Of a stretch of DNA of 64,000 nucleotides, positions 9,272 to 19,029 are shown piece by piece. A model generated the notes under the pieces. That model was not told the DNA's origin. It did not search any database and was given only the letters and a program-made list of their open reading frames with translations. A program made the translations under genes and the position numbers. The stretch's first letter is position 1. Each line of letters starts with the position of its first letter. The stretch comes from Candidatus Geothermincolia bacterium (lineage in GTDB: Bacteria > Actinomycetota > Geothermincolia > Fen-727 > Anoxymicrobiaceae): positions 7,236 to 71,235 of the forward strand of contig JBBQKJ010000010.1 of the NCBI GenBank assembly GCA_038326775.1, in the 5' to 3' direction.

Positions 9272-9883
9272 TCAGGCGTAAAGCCCTTTCTCCCGTATGT
9301 AAGTCCACACCGCGTGGCTCACCAGGTACCTGTACGGACGCCCGGCCGCGACCCTCTCCCTGATGTCGGTTGAAGATATGGCAAGATCCGGTATCTCCAT
9401 GGCGAAAACACGCCTCACTGACTCCTCCCCGGCGCTGTTCAATCGCGGCAGCGCGTCCTCGAGCTTCTCCAGGGGGTAGCCGGGCCTGCTTGCGGCTATG
9501 AACCTGCTCTCCGACAGGAGCTCCTCGGGGTCCTTCCAGGTCAGTATCTCCAGGATAGCGTCCGCTCCTGTAATAAAGAACAGCTCGGTTTCCGTCCCGC
9601 GGACCCGGTGGAACTCACGGAGGGTTTCGATGGTGTAGCTCGGGCCTTGCCTGCCGGCCTCCATGTCAGAGACTGCGAGAAACGGGTTCCCTTCAACGGC
9701 GAGTTCGACCATTCGCAGGCGGTGTTCCATAGCCGACTGACGCGAGCAGGTCTTATGGGGCGGACGCGCGGATGGGACGAACGTTACCTCGTCAAGCTCG
9801 AACTGGAACCGCGCTTCCTCCGCCGTTACCAGGTGGCCAATGTGAATGGGGTCAAATGTGCCCCCCATGACACCAAGCCTCAA
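9272..9883 (-). CDS. nadD: Nicotinate-nucleotide adenylyltransferase
   Basis: MRLGVMGGTFDPIHIGHLV...VPSARPPHK carries the (H/T)xGH nucleotidyltransferase motif. Confidence 0.9.
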   Translation of the reverse strand: MRLGVMGGTFDPIHIGHLVTAEEARFQFELDEVTFVPSARPPHKTCSRQSAMEHRLRMVELAVEGNPFLAVSDMEAGRQGPSYTIETLREFHRVRGTETELFFITGADAILEILTWKDPEELLSESRFIAASRPGYPLEKLEDALPRLNSAGEESVRRVFAMEIPDLAISSTDIRERVAAGRPYRYLVSHAVWTYIREKGLYA

Positions 9884-12312
9884 TTGCCCTCACCTCTCAC
9901 ATCGTCCCGGCCCCTTATGGCCGCGGCGAACCGGGACTTCAGTGCAGCTATCACACGGTCCAGCTCAGCGTGCGCCTGCGCGTCGGTCAGGGTGCCCCCC
10001 GCCGAGCCAAACTCGAGGGCGTACGCCAGGCTCTTCTTACCAGCAGGAATCTGGGGACCGGTGTATACATCAAAAAGCCTCGCAGAAAGAAGAAGGTCTC
10101 CACCGCTCGCCTTTATCACCTCGGCCACCATCCGGGCTTCAAGGGACTCGTCTACAACTACGGCAATGTCAACCTTGACGTTCGGGAACCTGCCCACGGG
10201 GCGGTATTCACTCGTTCCCGCGGCCGCCTCCATCAGCGGCGCCAGTCGTAGCTCCGCGACGTACAGCTCGAAGACGAGCCCGAACTCCTCGGCGACCCCC
10301 GGGTGAAGCTGTCCGATGACACCGGCCTCGGCTCCGTCCACGAGCACCGCCGCCGAATGGCCGGGCGCCAGGTACGGCCTGTCGGCCGGGAGGAAATCGA
10401 TATCATCCACCCCCAGGGTCAGCGCGGCTTCTTCAACGGCGCCCTTGAGGTCGAAGAAGTCGGCCTGCCTGCCGGGCGCCGACCAACCGGCCGGTTCGAC
10501 CAGCCCGCACAGCAATATGCCGATGGCGTCGAACTCCTCCGGCAGTTCTTCAGGGCCCTTCGCTATGAAAACGCGCCCTTTCTCAAAGAAGGCGAGGTCG
10601 ACGTTTCCCCTGTTGGCGTTGCCCAGCGCAAGCCTGAGAAGACCTGGTAGCAGCGTGGTGCGCATCGCTTCACCCGTCTCCGCCAACGGGTTCATCAGTG
10701 TCACCGCCCGCCTCAGCCTGTCACCCTCCGGCAGGCGAAGGAGGTCAAGGTCGCCGGGGCGCATGAAGCTGTAAGGGACGACCTGGCAAAGCCCCCTGGC
10801 GACGAGTCCGTCCACCAGCCGCTCCTCGAGCGCCTGCTCGGCGGTAAGTCCGGCATCGAAACCGCCGCCCCCCGGCAGCGACCCCGGTATGCGGTCGTAC
10901 CCGTAAACACGGGCGATCTCTTCGATAAGGTCGACCTCGCGCTGGAGGTCAGGACGGAATGACGGCGCGGTGATGCGCGGCACGTCGGCATCTTCAACAC
11001 GCGCGGCGAGTCGCTCCAGTATTTCGAGCATCTCGGATTTCGATATCTCTGTTCCCAGCACCGTGTTCACCCTGGACGGCCTCAAGTCAATCGTCACCGG
11101 AATGACGGCTTTCGGATAAACGTCGATGGCTCCGAGAGCGATGTCCCCGCCCGCCAGCTCGCCCATGAGGCCCGCGGCCCGGTCGGCCGCCGCGAGCGTG
11201 CCCCCCGGGTCGGAACCTTTCTCGAACCTGCCGGAGGCTTCCGTCCTTACCCCGAGACGCCTGGAGGTCAGCATGATCGAGGTGGGGTCGAAGTGCGCGG
11301 ACTCGATGAGAATGTTCCTGGTTTTCTCCCCCACCTCGGAATCCTCTCCGCCGATTATCCCGGCAAGCGCAACTGGCCTCGAGGCGTCGGCTATCACCAG
11401 CGACGTGTCGTCCAACTGCCTGTCCACGCCGTCGAGCGTGGTGATGAGCTCCCCGCGCCTTGAGAGCCTGACAATGATGGTGCGCCCGGAAAGCAGGTCC
11501 ATGTCGAACGCGTGGAGCGGCTGTCCAAGCTCCATCAGCACGTAGTTGGTGATATCGACCACGTTGTTTATGGGCCGCAGTCCCGAGGCGAGCAACCTTC
11601 GCTGCATCCACGCGGGTGAGGGCCCGATCGAGACCCCCGTCACGGCCCTGCCGGAGTACCTCGGGCACCCCCCGGCGTCGTCTATCATAACAGCGACAAG
11701 GTCACCTGTCGGCGGACCGGTCTCGTTCACGGTGCAGTCGGGCATCCTCAGCTTCGAGCCGGTAACGGCGGCTACCTCCCTGGCGATACCGACCATCGAC
11801 ATGCAGTCAGGCCTGTTTGGGGTTATCTCGAGGTCAAGAACCACGTCCTCGAGCGGCAGGACCTCGTGGATGTCCAGCCCCGCCCGGGTAACGCCCTGTA
11901 GCTCTAGAATCCCGGAATGGTCGTCGCTGAGGCCAAGCTCGGAGGCGCTGAGAAACATGCCTTCGCTTTCGACTCCCCTGATAGTGGCCTTCTTCAGCTC
12001 TTTGTCGGAAACCTCTGGCAGCCGGGCTCCCGGAACTGCCAGGGCCGACTTCATCCCTTCGACGAGATTGGGAGCGCCGCAAACCACCGTGCGCCGCACG
12101 GTGCCGTCGTCAGCGATAGCCAGGCGCAGGTTGTCGGCGTACGGATGCGGCTTGACCTCGTCCACCCGCGCCACCACCACGCCGGAGACACCGGAGCCGA
12201 GCCGACGGACACGCTCCACCTCGGTCCCGGACATCCATAACAGATCGGCGACCTCCTCCGGGGAGGCTTCGACGTCCACGTATTCTTGAAGCCACTCAAA
12301 CGATACTTTCAA
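9880..12312 (-). CDS. pheT: Phenylalanine--tRNA ligase beta subunit
   Basis: 810 aa; MKVSFEWLQEYVDVEASPEEVADLL... tRNA-binding, B3/B4, B5 and FDX-ACB-like regions; immediately downstream of pheS. Confidence 0.95.
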   Translation of the reverse strand: MKVSFEWLQEYVDVEASPEEVADLLWMSGTEVERVRRLGSGVSGVVVARVDEVKPHPYADNLRLAIADDGTVRRTVVCGAPNLVEGMKSALAVPGARLPEVSDKELKKATIRGVESEGMFLSASELGLSDDHSGILELQGVTRAGLDIHEVLPLEDVVLDLEITPNRPDCMSMVGIAREVAAVTGSKLRMPDCTVNETGPPTGDLVAVMIDDAGGCPRYSGRAVTGVSIGPSPAWMQRRLLASGLRPINNVVDITNYVLMELGQPLHAFDMDLLSGRTIIVRLSRRGELITTLDGVDRQLDDTSLVIADASRPVALAGIIGGEDSEVGEKTRNILIESAHFDPTSIMLTSRRLGVRTEASGRFEKGSDPGGTLAAADRAAGLMGELAGGDIALGAIDVYPKAVIPVTIDLRPSRVNTVLGTEISKSEMLEILERLAARVEDADVPRITAPSFRPDLQREVDLIEEIARVYGYDRIPGSLPGGGGFDAGLTAEQALEERLVDGLVARGLCQVVPYSFMRPGDLDLLRLPEGDRLRRAVTLMNPLAETGEAMRTTLLPGLLRLALGNANRGNVDLAFFEKGRVFIAKGPEELPEEFDAIGILLCGLVEPAGWSAPGRQADFFDLKGAVEEAALTLGVDDIDFLPADRPYLAPGHSAAVLVDGAEAGVIGQLHPGVAEEFGLVFELYVAELRLAPLMEAAAGTSEYRPVGRFPNVKVDIAVVVDESLEARMVAEVIKASGGDLLLSARLFDVYTGPQIPAGKKSLAYALEFGSAGGTLTDAQAHAELDRVIAALKSRFAAAIRGRDDVRGEGN

Positions 12313-12334
12313 ACCAACCGCTCCCGGTCATTTA

Positions 12335-13423
12335 TCAGAACTGCCTCAGGAATCGCATGTCGTTCTCGAAGAAGACCCTCATATCGTCGATACCGTGCTT
12401 CAGCATCGCTACACGCTCGACCCCGACCCCGAAGGCAAACCCGGTATACTCCTCGGGGTCGTAGCCCACGTGCTCGAAAACGTTGGGGTCGATCATCCCG
12501 CAGCCAAGTATCTCCAGCCAGCCGCTGCCCCTGCACAAACCGCAACCCTCGCCGTCGCAGACGTAGCAGGAGACGTACACCTCCGCGCTCGGCTCCGTGA
12601 ATGGGAAGAAATGAGGGGTAAAGCGCACCTTGCGACTGGAGCCGAACAGCTTCCTGACGAATACCTCGAGGGTCCCTTTCAGGTGCCCCATGTTGATGCC
12701 CGGCCCCACCGCGAAGCCCTCAACCTGGTGGAACATGGCGGAATGAGTGGCGTCGATCTCGTCCTTGCGGTACGCCTTCCCCGGGCTTATCACGTAGAGC
12801 GGCGGTTTCCTCGACTCCATGACCCTGATCTGCACGGGGGAGGTATGGGTGCGGAGCAGAATATCGTCGGGGTACTCCCTGAAGGGGTCCTTCCTCCGGA
12901 TGTAGAGTGTGTCCTGAAGCGATCTCGCGGGATGGTAAGGCGGTTGGTTCAGAGCCTCGAAGTTGTAATAATCGAGCTCGACCTCGGGGCCTTGCACGAC
13001 CTCGTACCCCAGGCTTATGAAAACACTCGTTATCTCTTCGGCGACCTCTGAGAGCAGGTGCTTGTGCCCGACCGTGCGGCGCCGCCCGGAAAGGGTGACA
13101 TCCACCGCCCGGCTGCGAAGCAGACGCTCGCCCTGGATCTCGCTCAGCTCTCTGCCCTTCTCGCCGAGGCGCTCCTCGACAAGCCCTCGAAGGAGGTTTC
13201 CTATCTGCCCGACCACCGGCTTCTCATCGGCGGAAAGCATAAAAAGGCCTTTGAAGACGGTAGTAACCGTGCCTTTTTTGCCAAGCAGCTTCACCCGCGC
13301 TTCCTCGAGCTCTGAGACAGTGCGGCAGCCTGCCACAAGCGCAAGCGCATCCTCGACCAGCACTGCCATTTCCGGCCGCTCCGCGGTCAGGCTGTCAAGC
13401 TTATCCCTCGCGCCCTGGTCCAT
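12335..13423 (-). CDS. pheS: Phenylalanine--tRNA ligase alpha subunit
   Basis: 362 aa; class II aaRS motifs (...FRPSYFPFTEPSAEV..., GCGMIDPNVF). Confidence 0.95.
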   Translation of the reverse strand: MDQGARDKLDSLTAERPEMAVLVEDALALVAGCRTVSELEEARVKLLGKKGTVTTVFKGLFMLSADEKPVVGQIGNLLRGLVEERLGEKGRELSEIQGERLLRSRAVDVTLSGRRRTVGHKHLLSEVAEEITSVFISLGYEVVQGPEVELDYYNFEALNQPPYHPARSLQDTLYIRRKDPFREYPDDILLRTHTSPVQIRVMESRKPPLYVISPGKAYRKDEIDATHSAMFHQVEGFAVGPGINMGHLKGTLEVFVRKLFGSSRKVRFTPHFFPFTEPSAEVYVSCYVCDGEGCGLCRGSGWLEILGCGMIDPNVFEHVGYDPEEYTGFAFGVGVERVAMLKHGIDDMRVFFENDMRFLRQF

Positions 13424-13426
13424 CGC

Positions 13427-14233
13427 TCATCCACCTCGAACGGCGACTTCTCTCTGGCGAAGCGCCTCGAACAGCACCACTGCGGCGGCGCTGGCCACGT
13501 TCAGTGATTCAGCCATACCCGGCATCACGATAGACATGGTGCCGTCCATGATAGCCATGTCAGCCTCGACTATGCCGAAAGCCTCGTTGCCGACTACCAG
13601 CGCCACCGGCACTGTCATGTCGACTTCGAGATAGTTGCTCTTGCCACGCGGGTCCAACCCCAGCAGCGCCATACTGTCTTTCGTATCCTCTTTTAACGTG
13701 GCAAGCGCAACCCCGCGCGACATCCTCACGCGGAAGTGGGCCCCCGCCGCCGAGCGAACGACCTTGGGGTTGTACGGGTCGGCGCACCCCTCGGTCATCA
13801 GGAATGCGTCCACTCCGGTAGCGTCGGCTATCCTGAGCAGAGAACCAAGGTTTCCCGGGTCTCGCACCTGGTCGGCGACCAGGAGGATCGAAGCCTCTGT
13901 AAGCGACAGGTCCTCGTAAGGGGCATCGACCTGGTCTATTACTCCCAGGATCCCCTGCGAGGTCACCACGTCCGACACCCACTCCATCAGATTCTGGCTC
14001 AGCTCGTGTGCCGGCACCGAACCCTCCGAGCTTCCCCTTAGAAACCGGGCCTCCTCCGCGCGAGAGTCCACGTAAGCTATCTCACGAAGCTTAGCCCCGG
14101 AACCGACCGCCTCCTGGAGTAGGCTCAAGCCCTCGACAATGAACGTGCCGTTTTGATCGCGGTAGGAGCGCCGCCCGAGTTTCCTCAACCGTTTTACCAC
14201 GTCGTGGTTGCGGCTGCTTATCGGGTTCAGCAT
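13427..14233 (-). CDS. TrmH/SpoU-family RNA 2'-O-methyltransferase
   Basis: SPOUT motifs: LLVADQVRDPGNLGSLLRIADATG, ...VALVVGNEAFG..., ...SLNVASAAAVVLFE. Confidence 0.85.
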   Translation of the reverse strand: MLNPISSRNHDVVKRLRKLGRRSYRDQNGTFIVEGLSLLQEAVGSGAKLREIAYVDSRAEEARFLRGSSEGSVPAHELSQNLMEWVSDVVTSQGILGVIDQVDAPYEDLSLTEASILLVADQVRDPGNLGSLLRIADATGVDAFLMTEGCADPYNPKVVRSAAGAHFRVRMSRGVALATLKEDTKDSMALLGLDPRGKSNYLEVDMTVPVALVVGNEAFGIVEADMAIMDGTMSIVMPGMAESLNVASAAAVVLFEALRQREVAVRGG

Positions 14234-14261
14234 GGGTTAGGAGTCACTCTCCGGCTGCCTG

Positions 14262-14744
14262 TCATCCGGCAGCCTCGTCAGCCTTCTCATCCTTCACCCC
14301 GCCGTCGGTGGGCTCGCCCGGGCCCGCGTCCTCAGTCTCGGAGACGTCGGCAGTCGAGGCCTTCGTCTTGACCCCGGTCTTAACGTTAACCTGGCCGTCG
14401 CCCGCAACGAGGGCAACCAGCTGCCCGAACGCCTCGGGGTCGTGGACCGCCAGCTCGGCTAAAATCTTGCGGTCGACCTCCACCCCGGCGTTGTGAAGCC
14501 CGCTGATAAACTTGCTGTAAGACATGCCGTGCTCGCGGGTCGCCGCGTTTATGCGGGTTATCCATAACCTGCGAAAATCCGATTTCCTCGCCCGCCTGTC
14601 CCTGTAAGCGTACTGAAGCGAGTGCTGCACCTGCTCGTTGGCGGACCTGTAGCAGTTGCTTTTCGGACCTCTATATCCCTTGGCCATGTCGAGCACTTTC
14701 TTGCGGCGCTTCCTCGTAGCGACGCTGTTCTTTGCCCTCGGCAT
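14262..14744 (-). CDS. rplT: 50S ribosomal protein L20 with acidic C-terminal extension
   Basis: [26 protein letters not shown]...[11 protein letters not shown]... Confidence 0.9.
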   Translation of the reverse strand: MPRAKNSVATRKRRKKVLDMAKGYRGPKSNCYRSANEQVQHSLQYAYRDRRARKSDFRRLWITRINAATREHGMSYSKFISGLHNAGVEVDRKILAELAVHDPEAFGQLVALVAGDGQVNVKTGVKTKASTADVSETEDAGPGEPTDGGVKDEKADEAAG

Positions 14745-14786
14745 CCTAACCAACCCCTCTGTATGTGATATCAGGTATCTTGCGAC

Positions 14787-14996
14787 TTACTTCTTGCGAT
14801 TCGGTATCCCCAGCACTTTACGCATGTTGCCGTCGTCAGCGCGGTCCACCTCCTGCTCCGCCTCCAGGCTTCGCAACCGCTTCGAGCTTTTCTCGGTGAA
14901 CAGGTGGCTGTTGTAAGCTTTTTTCCTTACGAGCTTTCCCGTTCCGGTAACCCGAAAGCGCTTCGCGGCGCCCCGGTGGGTTCTCATCTTCGGCAT
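14787..14996 (-). CDS. rpmI: 50S ribosomal protein L35
   Basis: [33 protein letters not shown]... Confidence 0.9.
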   Translation of the reverse strand: MPKMRTHRGAAKRFRVTGTGKLVRKKAYNSHLFTEKSSKRLRSLEAEQEVDRADDGNMRKVLGIPNRKK

Positions 14997-15000
14997 TCGA

Positions 15001-15576
15001 TCACTGCTCCTTCGGCTGCTTCTTCGTCTGCTCCTTCTTCTCCTTCTGATGCTCATCCCTGACCTCAACCGCAATTGGATTGAGTACCATGGTCATGTTG
15101 CGCCCGTCGAGCCGCGCCCTCGCCTCGACGTTGGCGATATTGTTCACGTCATCCGCGAGCCGGTTCAAGAGGTTCAACCCGAGTTCGGTGTGGGTCATCT
15201 CCCTTCCCCGGAACATAATGGTCACCTTGACCTTGTTGCCCTGGTTAAGGAACCGGACCACGTGCTTCTTCTTTGTCTCGTAGTCGTGGATGTCGATCTT
15301 TGGGCGCATCTTCATCTCTTTGACCACGATTGTGCTCTGTTTCTTTCGAGCAACCTTCTGTTTCTGCTCCTGCTCGTAGCAGAACTTGCCGTAGTCCATC
15401 ACCTTGCAGACCGGCGGGGTCGCCTGCGGCGCAACCTCCACAAGGTCCAGGTCCTCCTCCAGGGCAATCCGCTGGGCTTCCTCGATCGGTGTGATTCCCA
15501 ACTGCTCCCCGGTAGATGATATGAGCCTCACCTCCGGGCTCCTCACCATCTCGTTTATCCTCAGCTTTCCGGTTAT
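15001..15576 (-). CDS. infC: Translation initiation factor IF-3, probably with a non-AUG (AUA) start
   Basis: ...[60 protein letters not shown]... The conserved N-terminus begins near [22 protein letters not shown] sits 5 nt before an in-frame ATA at 15576. infC-rpmI-rplT gene order. Confidence 0.8.
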   Translation of the reverse strand: MTGKLRINEMVRSPEVRLISSTGEQLGITPIEEAQRIALEEDLDLVEVAPQATPPVCKVMDYGKFCYEQEQKQKVARKKQSTIVVKEMKMRPKIDIHDYETKKKHVVRFLNQGNKVKVTIMFRGREMTHTELGLNLLNRLADDVNNIANVEARARLDGRNMTMVLNPIAVEVRDEHQKEKKEQTKKQPKEQ

Positions 15577-15890
15577 GGCAACCCCTCCTTCGCTCGGCTG
15601 AACGTGAAAAAAAGGGCAGCTCAATGCCACCCTTCATATCCATTATGGACAACCATGCCGGCAGCCTCGTTGTCTATCATCACATTGTCAGCGCCGCAAG
15701 GTGAGGAGCGGCATCCTTCGCCCCTGCTTATCAAGTTGATAGGAGTATAGCGAAAGCGCCCCGCAGTGTCCAACTCGCGGCGAGCGAGCAGGTGGTTGCG
15801 TCCCATCCGGAGGCGCCCGGCGTTTCATGATCGGAACCTTCGGGCGTTCAACGGTTATAATAGTGTCAGCTGTTGAAAGGCGGAGAGTTA

Positions 15891-16829
15891 ATGCTGCAGC
15901 CGAGGCCAAAGGTCCTTATAGCTGATGACGACCACAATCTGCGCCAGTTGTTGATGGAAGCGCTTCCGAAACACAAGTTCGAGGTCTACCAGGCCGCGGA
16001 CGGCCCCGAGGCGTGGGAGACAGTGAGGAACCTCAGGCCCGACATAGTGCTCCTCGACATAATGATGCCTGGCAAGGACGGTTTCGAGATATGCCGCTTG
16101 ATGCGCGAAAACCCACAGACACGCAGTATCCCGGTCATCATGCTCACGGCCAAGGCCCAGCTCAAGGACAAGCTGGAGGGAATAGAATCCGGGGCCGACG
16201 ACTACATCACCAAGCCGTTCGACCCGCTGGAGCTGCAGGCTCGTATCGAGATGCATCTCAGGCGCTACCTCCGGGACATCGACATAAGCCCAATCACCGG
16301 GCTGCCGGGAAACAAGTCCATTGAGACCGCCCTGCAGGCGATGCTTGATTCCGGAGAGCAGTTCGCGTTCCTCTACGTCGACCTAGACGACTTCAAGGCC
16401 TATAACGACTACTACGGCTTTCACCAGGGCAGCGATGTCATCAGAATGACAGGCCTGCTGCTCCAGGAAGCGCTGAACGCGGCCGGTCGCGAAGGCGACT
16501 TCCTCGGGCACGTTGGCGGCGATGACTTCATCGTCCTCACCTCAATCGAGAACGCCGAAGCGGTCTCCCGAGAGATCATCAGGCGGTTCGACGAGAGCAT
16601 CCCGTCCCGCTACCAGCCCGAGGACCTGGAAAAAGGCTACATAGTCTCTGTGGACCGCCGCGGCTATGTCATGAAGTTCCCGGTGATGAGCATCTCCATC
16701 TCCATCGTGCATAACGAATTTCGCGCGCTCACAGACCCCGCCCAGGTCGGCAGGGTCGCAGCCGAGCTCAAGAAGTACGCCAAGGACCTGGAGGGCAGCG
16801 TTTACGTCTTCGACCGGAGGAAGACTTGA
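15891..16829 (+). CDS. Response regulator receiver + GGDEF-type domain with non-canonical GGDDF motif
   Basis: REC: KVLIADDDHNLRQLL...DIVLLDIMMPGKDGFEIC...DDYITKPFDPLELQARI. GGDEF-like: SPITGLPGNKSIE...HVGGDDFIV. GGAGAG RBS precedes the ATG at 15891. Confidence 0.85.
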   Translation: MLQPRPKVLIADDDHNLRQLLMEALPKHKFEVYQAADGPEAWETVRNLRPDIVLLDIMMPGKDGFEICRLMRENPQTRSIPVIMLTAKAQLKDKLEGIESGADDYITKPFDPLELQARIEMHLRRYLRDIDISPITGLPGNKSIETALQAMLDSGEQFAFLYVDLDDFKAYNDYYGFHQGSDVIRMTGLLLQEALNAAGREGDFLGHVGGDDFIVLTSIENAEAVSREIIRRFDESIPSRYQPEDLEKGYIVSVDRRGYVMKFPVMSISISIVHNEFRALTDPAQVGRVAAELKKYAKDLEGSVYVFDRRKT

Positions 16830-16869
16830 GCCGCCCCGCCCTCCGCCGGACCTGAGGCGGATCGGGGCC

Positions 16870-19026
16870 ATGGACTACCGCGGGCTTTTTCGTGGCAAAG
16901 CCAGGCCGGCTCCCCCGCCCGGGGGCACGACCGGGGTCGACATCAGCCAGCAGTTGTTGGTGACAACTCGCCCCGGAGTACAGCTGTTCTGGACAGTTGT
17001 GGTTGGCGCTACGCTCATCTACGCCCTGTCCTCGGGCGGGCCCGGGCACTCCGCGGTCGTAGTGGTGATGCTTGCGTCCTACGCCTCGGTGATAGCAGGG
17101 AACCACTACTTCCCGTACAGGAGGTACAGGCCGTTCGCGTTCTTAGCGCTTATGTGCTCCTGCCTCGTTCTTATCTCGAGCATCGTCTTTCTGACAGGCG
17201 GCCGCGCCAGCCTGCTCGCCTTTCTTTTCTTTCTCGTGCCGGTTTTCGCCGCATCCTATTTCAGCTACCCGGGCACGCTGCTGGTTTCACTTCTGAGTGC
17301 CCTCGCACGCTGCTTCCCGTTCTTCACCGGTCAGTCGAGCGGCATCGTCCTGTTTTCGCTTGCCGTCTCCGCTTTCGCCTTCATTCTTCTCGGCATACTC
17401 GCTTGCTTCGTCTTCGAGGGCGAGAAGATGTACGCCCGCGAGTCGCACGAGTACCGCCATCTCCTGGAGTTGGCCCTCGACAAGGAGAGGGACATCTCGC
17501 TCATCTATAACCTGAGCCGGAAGTTCTCCTACACGCTCGACCTCGATACCGTTCTCAAGACCACGGCCGCCATGGCCCGCAAGATGCTCTCCTCACAGGG
17601 GGCGCTGGTTTTCCTTCTGGAGGATGGAAAACCAACGCTCAGGGCAGCGCTGGGGATACTCCCATTCTCCGATATGTCCGCGGTGCGTCCGCCCTCCGAC
17701 GAAAACTGGGCCAGCCAGCTCGAAGCCGGCAACAACGTTGTGGCCGAGAAAACCTGTCTTGGATGGCTGCCGCTTCCACCCGGCTCGGACCGCTTGCACA
17801 GCCTCTCGGCCGTGCCCCTTTTTACGGGCGCGGACATCGCGGGCTATCTCATGTGCTTCTCTCCGGCCGCCCGCTCTTTCAAAGAGACTCACCTTGATAT
17901 CCTTTCCACGCTGGCCAGCCAGGCGGTCGTTGCTATCGAAAAGGCGCGTCTTTACACTCGCACGCTGGATGAAAAAACAAAGGTGGAAACAATCCTTTCC
18001 GCTCTGCGCGACGGGCTGCTGGTGACCGACTCCCGGGGAGTGCTGGTCCAGACCAACCCGGTCGCCGATCGGCTGCTGGGCATCGGCTCGAGCGCGTTAG
18101 GCTGCGGGCTGCTCGATGTGCTCACTCCTGTTCTGGCCGCGTGCGACCTCGGGCCGTTCACCCCTGGTGAAGCAGTCCTGGCCGTACTGGGCGGACACAC
18201 GATCTTCGGCGAGATGGAGTTCTCCTCCGAGTCGCGCGTCTGTGTCCAGGCCCACTTCATTCCCCTCGAGGACCAGCTCGGCAAGGTCAGTGGAATGGTC
18301 CTCTTCCTCCATGACATCACCGAGTTGAAGCGTATCGACGAGCTGAAGACCAACTTCGTATCGAACGTCTCCCACGAGCTCAGGACACCGCTTACCAGTA
18401 TCGCGGGGTTCGTCAAACTCATGCTGGCGGGAAGGGCGGGCGCCCTTTCGGCGCGGCAGCGCAAATACCTGGATATAGTCAGCTCTCAGGCCTCGGACCT
18501 GACCGGGATGATAGAGAGCATTCTCGACCTCTCCAGGCTGCAGTCCGGCAGCGTCAACCAGGAGATGAGTGAGATCGACCTCTGTCAGCTTGTCAATTCG
18601 GTATTGACAGACCTCTCCCCTACCGCGTCCGAGAAAGATATTGATATCCGGAGCAGGTTGTCCGATACACTTCCTCACGCCAGGGCGAACCCCGTCCGCA
18701 TCTCGCAGGTCCTGACCAACATCATCGATAACGCAGTGAAGTTCACCGAGCCCGGCGGGCTTGTCGAGATATCCGCCCTGCACAACGGACCCCTCCTGCA
18801 GGTGCGGGTAAGCGACTCCGGTGTCGGCATTCCCCCGGGCGCGCTTCCACACATCTTCGACCGCTTCTTCCAGGCGCGCTCCGGAGAGGTCAACGATGCA
18901 GACGGTTTCGGCCTCGGCCTCGCCATCTCCCGGGAGATCGTCGAGATGAGCGGAGGTAAGATCTGGGCCGAGAGCGACCCTGGCCGCGGCAGCACGTTCT
19001 ATTTCACCCTACCGGTGCACAAGTGA
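16870..19026 (+). CDS. Multi-TM sensor histidine kinase with GAF and PAS regions, HisKA and HATPase_c
   Basis: About 6 N-terminal TM helices; GAF-like and PAS-like middle regions; H-box SHELRTPLTSIAGFVKLM; ATPase motifs ...NAVKFTEPGG..., DSGVGIP, GFGLGLAISREIVEMSGGKIWAESDPGRGSTFYFTLP. Confidence 0.85.
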   Translation: MDYRGLFRGKARPAPPPGGTTGVDISQQLLVTTRPGVQLFWTVVVGATLIYALSSGGPGHSAVVVVMLASYASVIAGNHYFPYRRYRPFAFLALMCSCLVLISSIVFLTGGRASLLAFLFFLVPVFAASYFSYPGTLLVSLLSALARCFPFFTGQSSGIVLFSLAVSAFAFILLGILACFVFEGEKMYARESHEYRHLLELALDKERDISLIYNLSRKFSYTLDLDTVLKTTAAMARKMLSSQGALVFLLEDGKPTLRAALGILPFSDMSAVRPPSDENWASQLEAGNNVVAEKTCLGWLPLPPGSDRLHSLSAVPLFTGADIAGYLMCFSPAARSFKETHLDILSTLASQAVVAIEKARLYTRTLDEKTKVETILSALRDGLLVTDSRGVLVQTNPVADRLLGIGSSALGCGLLDVLTPVLAACDLGPFTPGEAVLAVLGGHTIFGEMEFSSESRVCVQAHFIPLEDQLGKVSGMVLFLHDITELKRIDELKTNFVSNVSHELRTPLTSIAGFVKLMLAGRAGALSARQRKYLDIVSSQASDLTGMIESILDLSRLQSGSVNQEMSEIDLCQLVNSVLTDLSPTASEKDIDIRSRLSDTLPHARANPVRISQVLTNIIDNAVKFTEPGGLVEISALHNGPLLQVRVSDSGVGIPPGALPHIFDRFFQARSGEVNDADGFGLGLAISREIVEMSGGKIWAESDPGRGSTFYFTLPVHK

Positions 19027-19029
19027 AAG

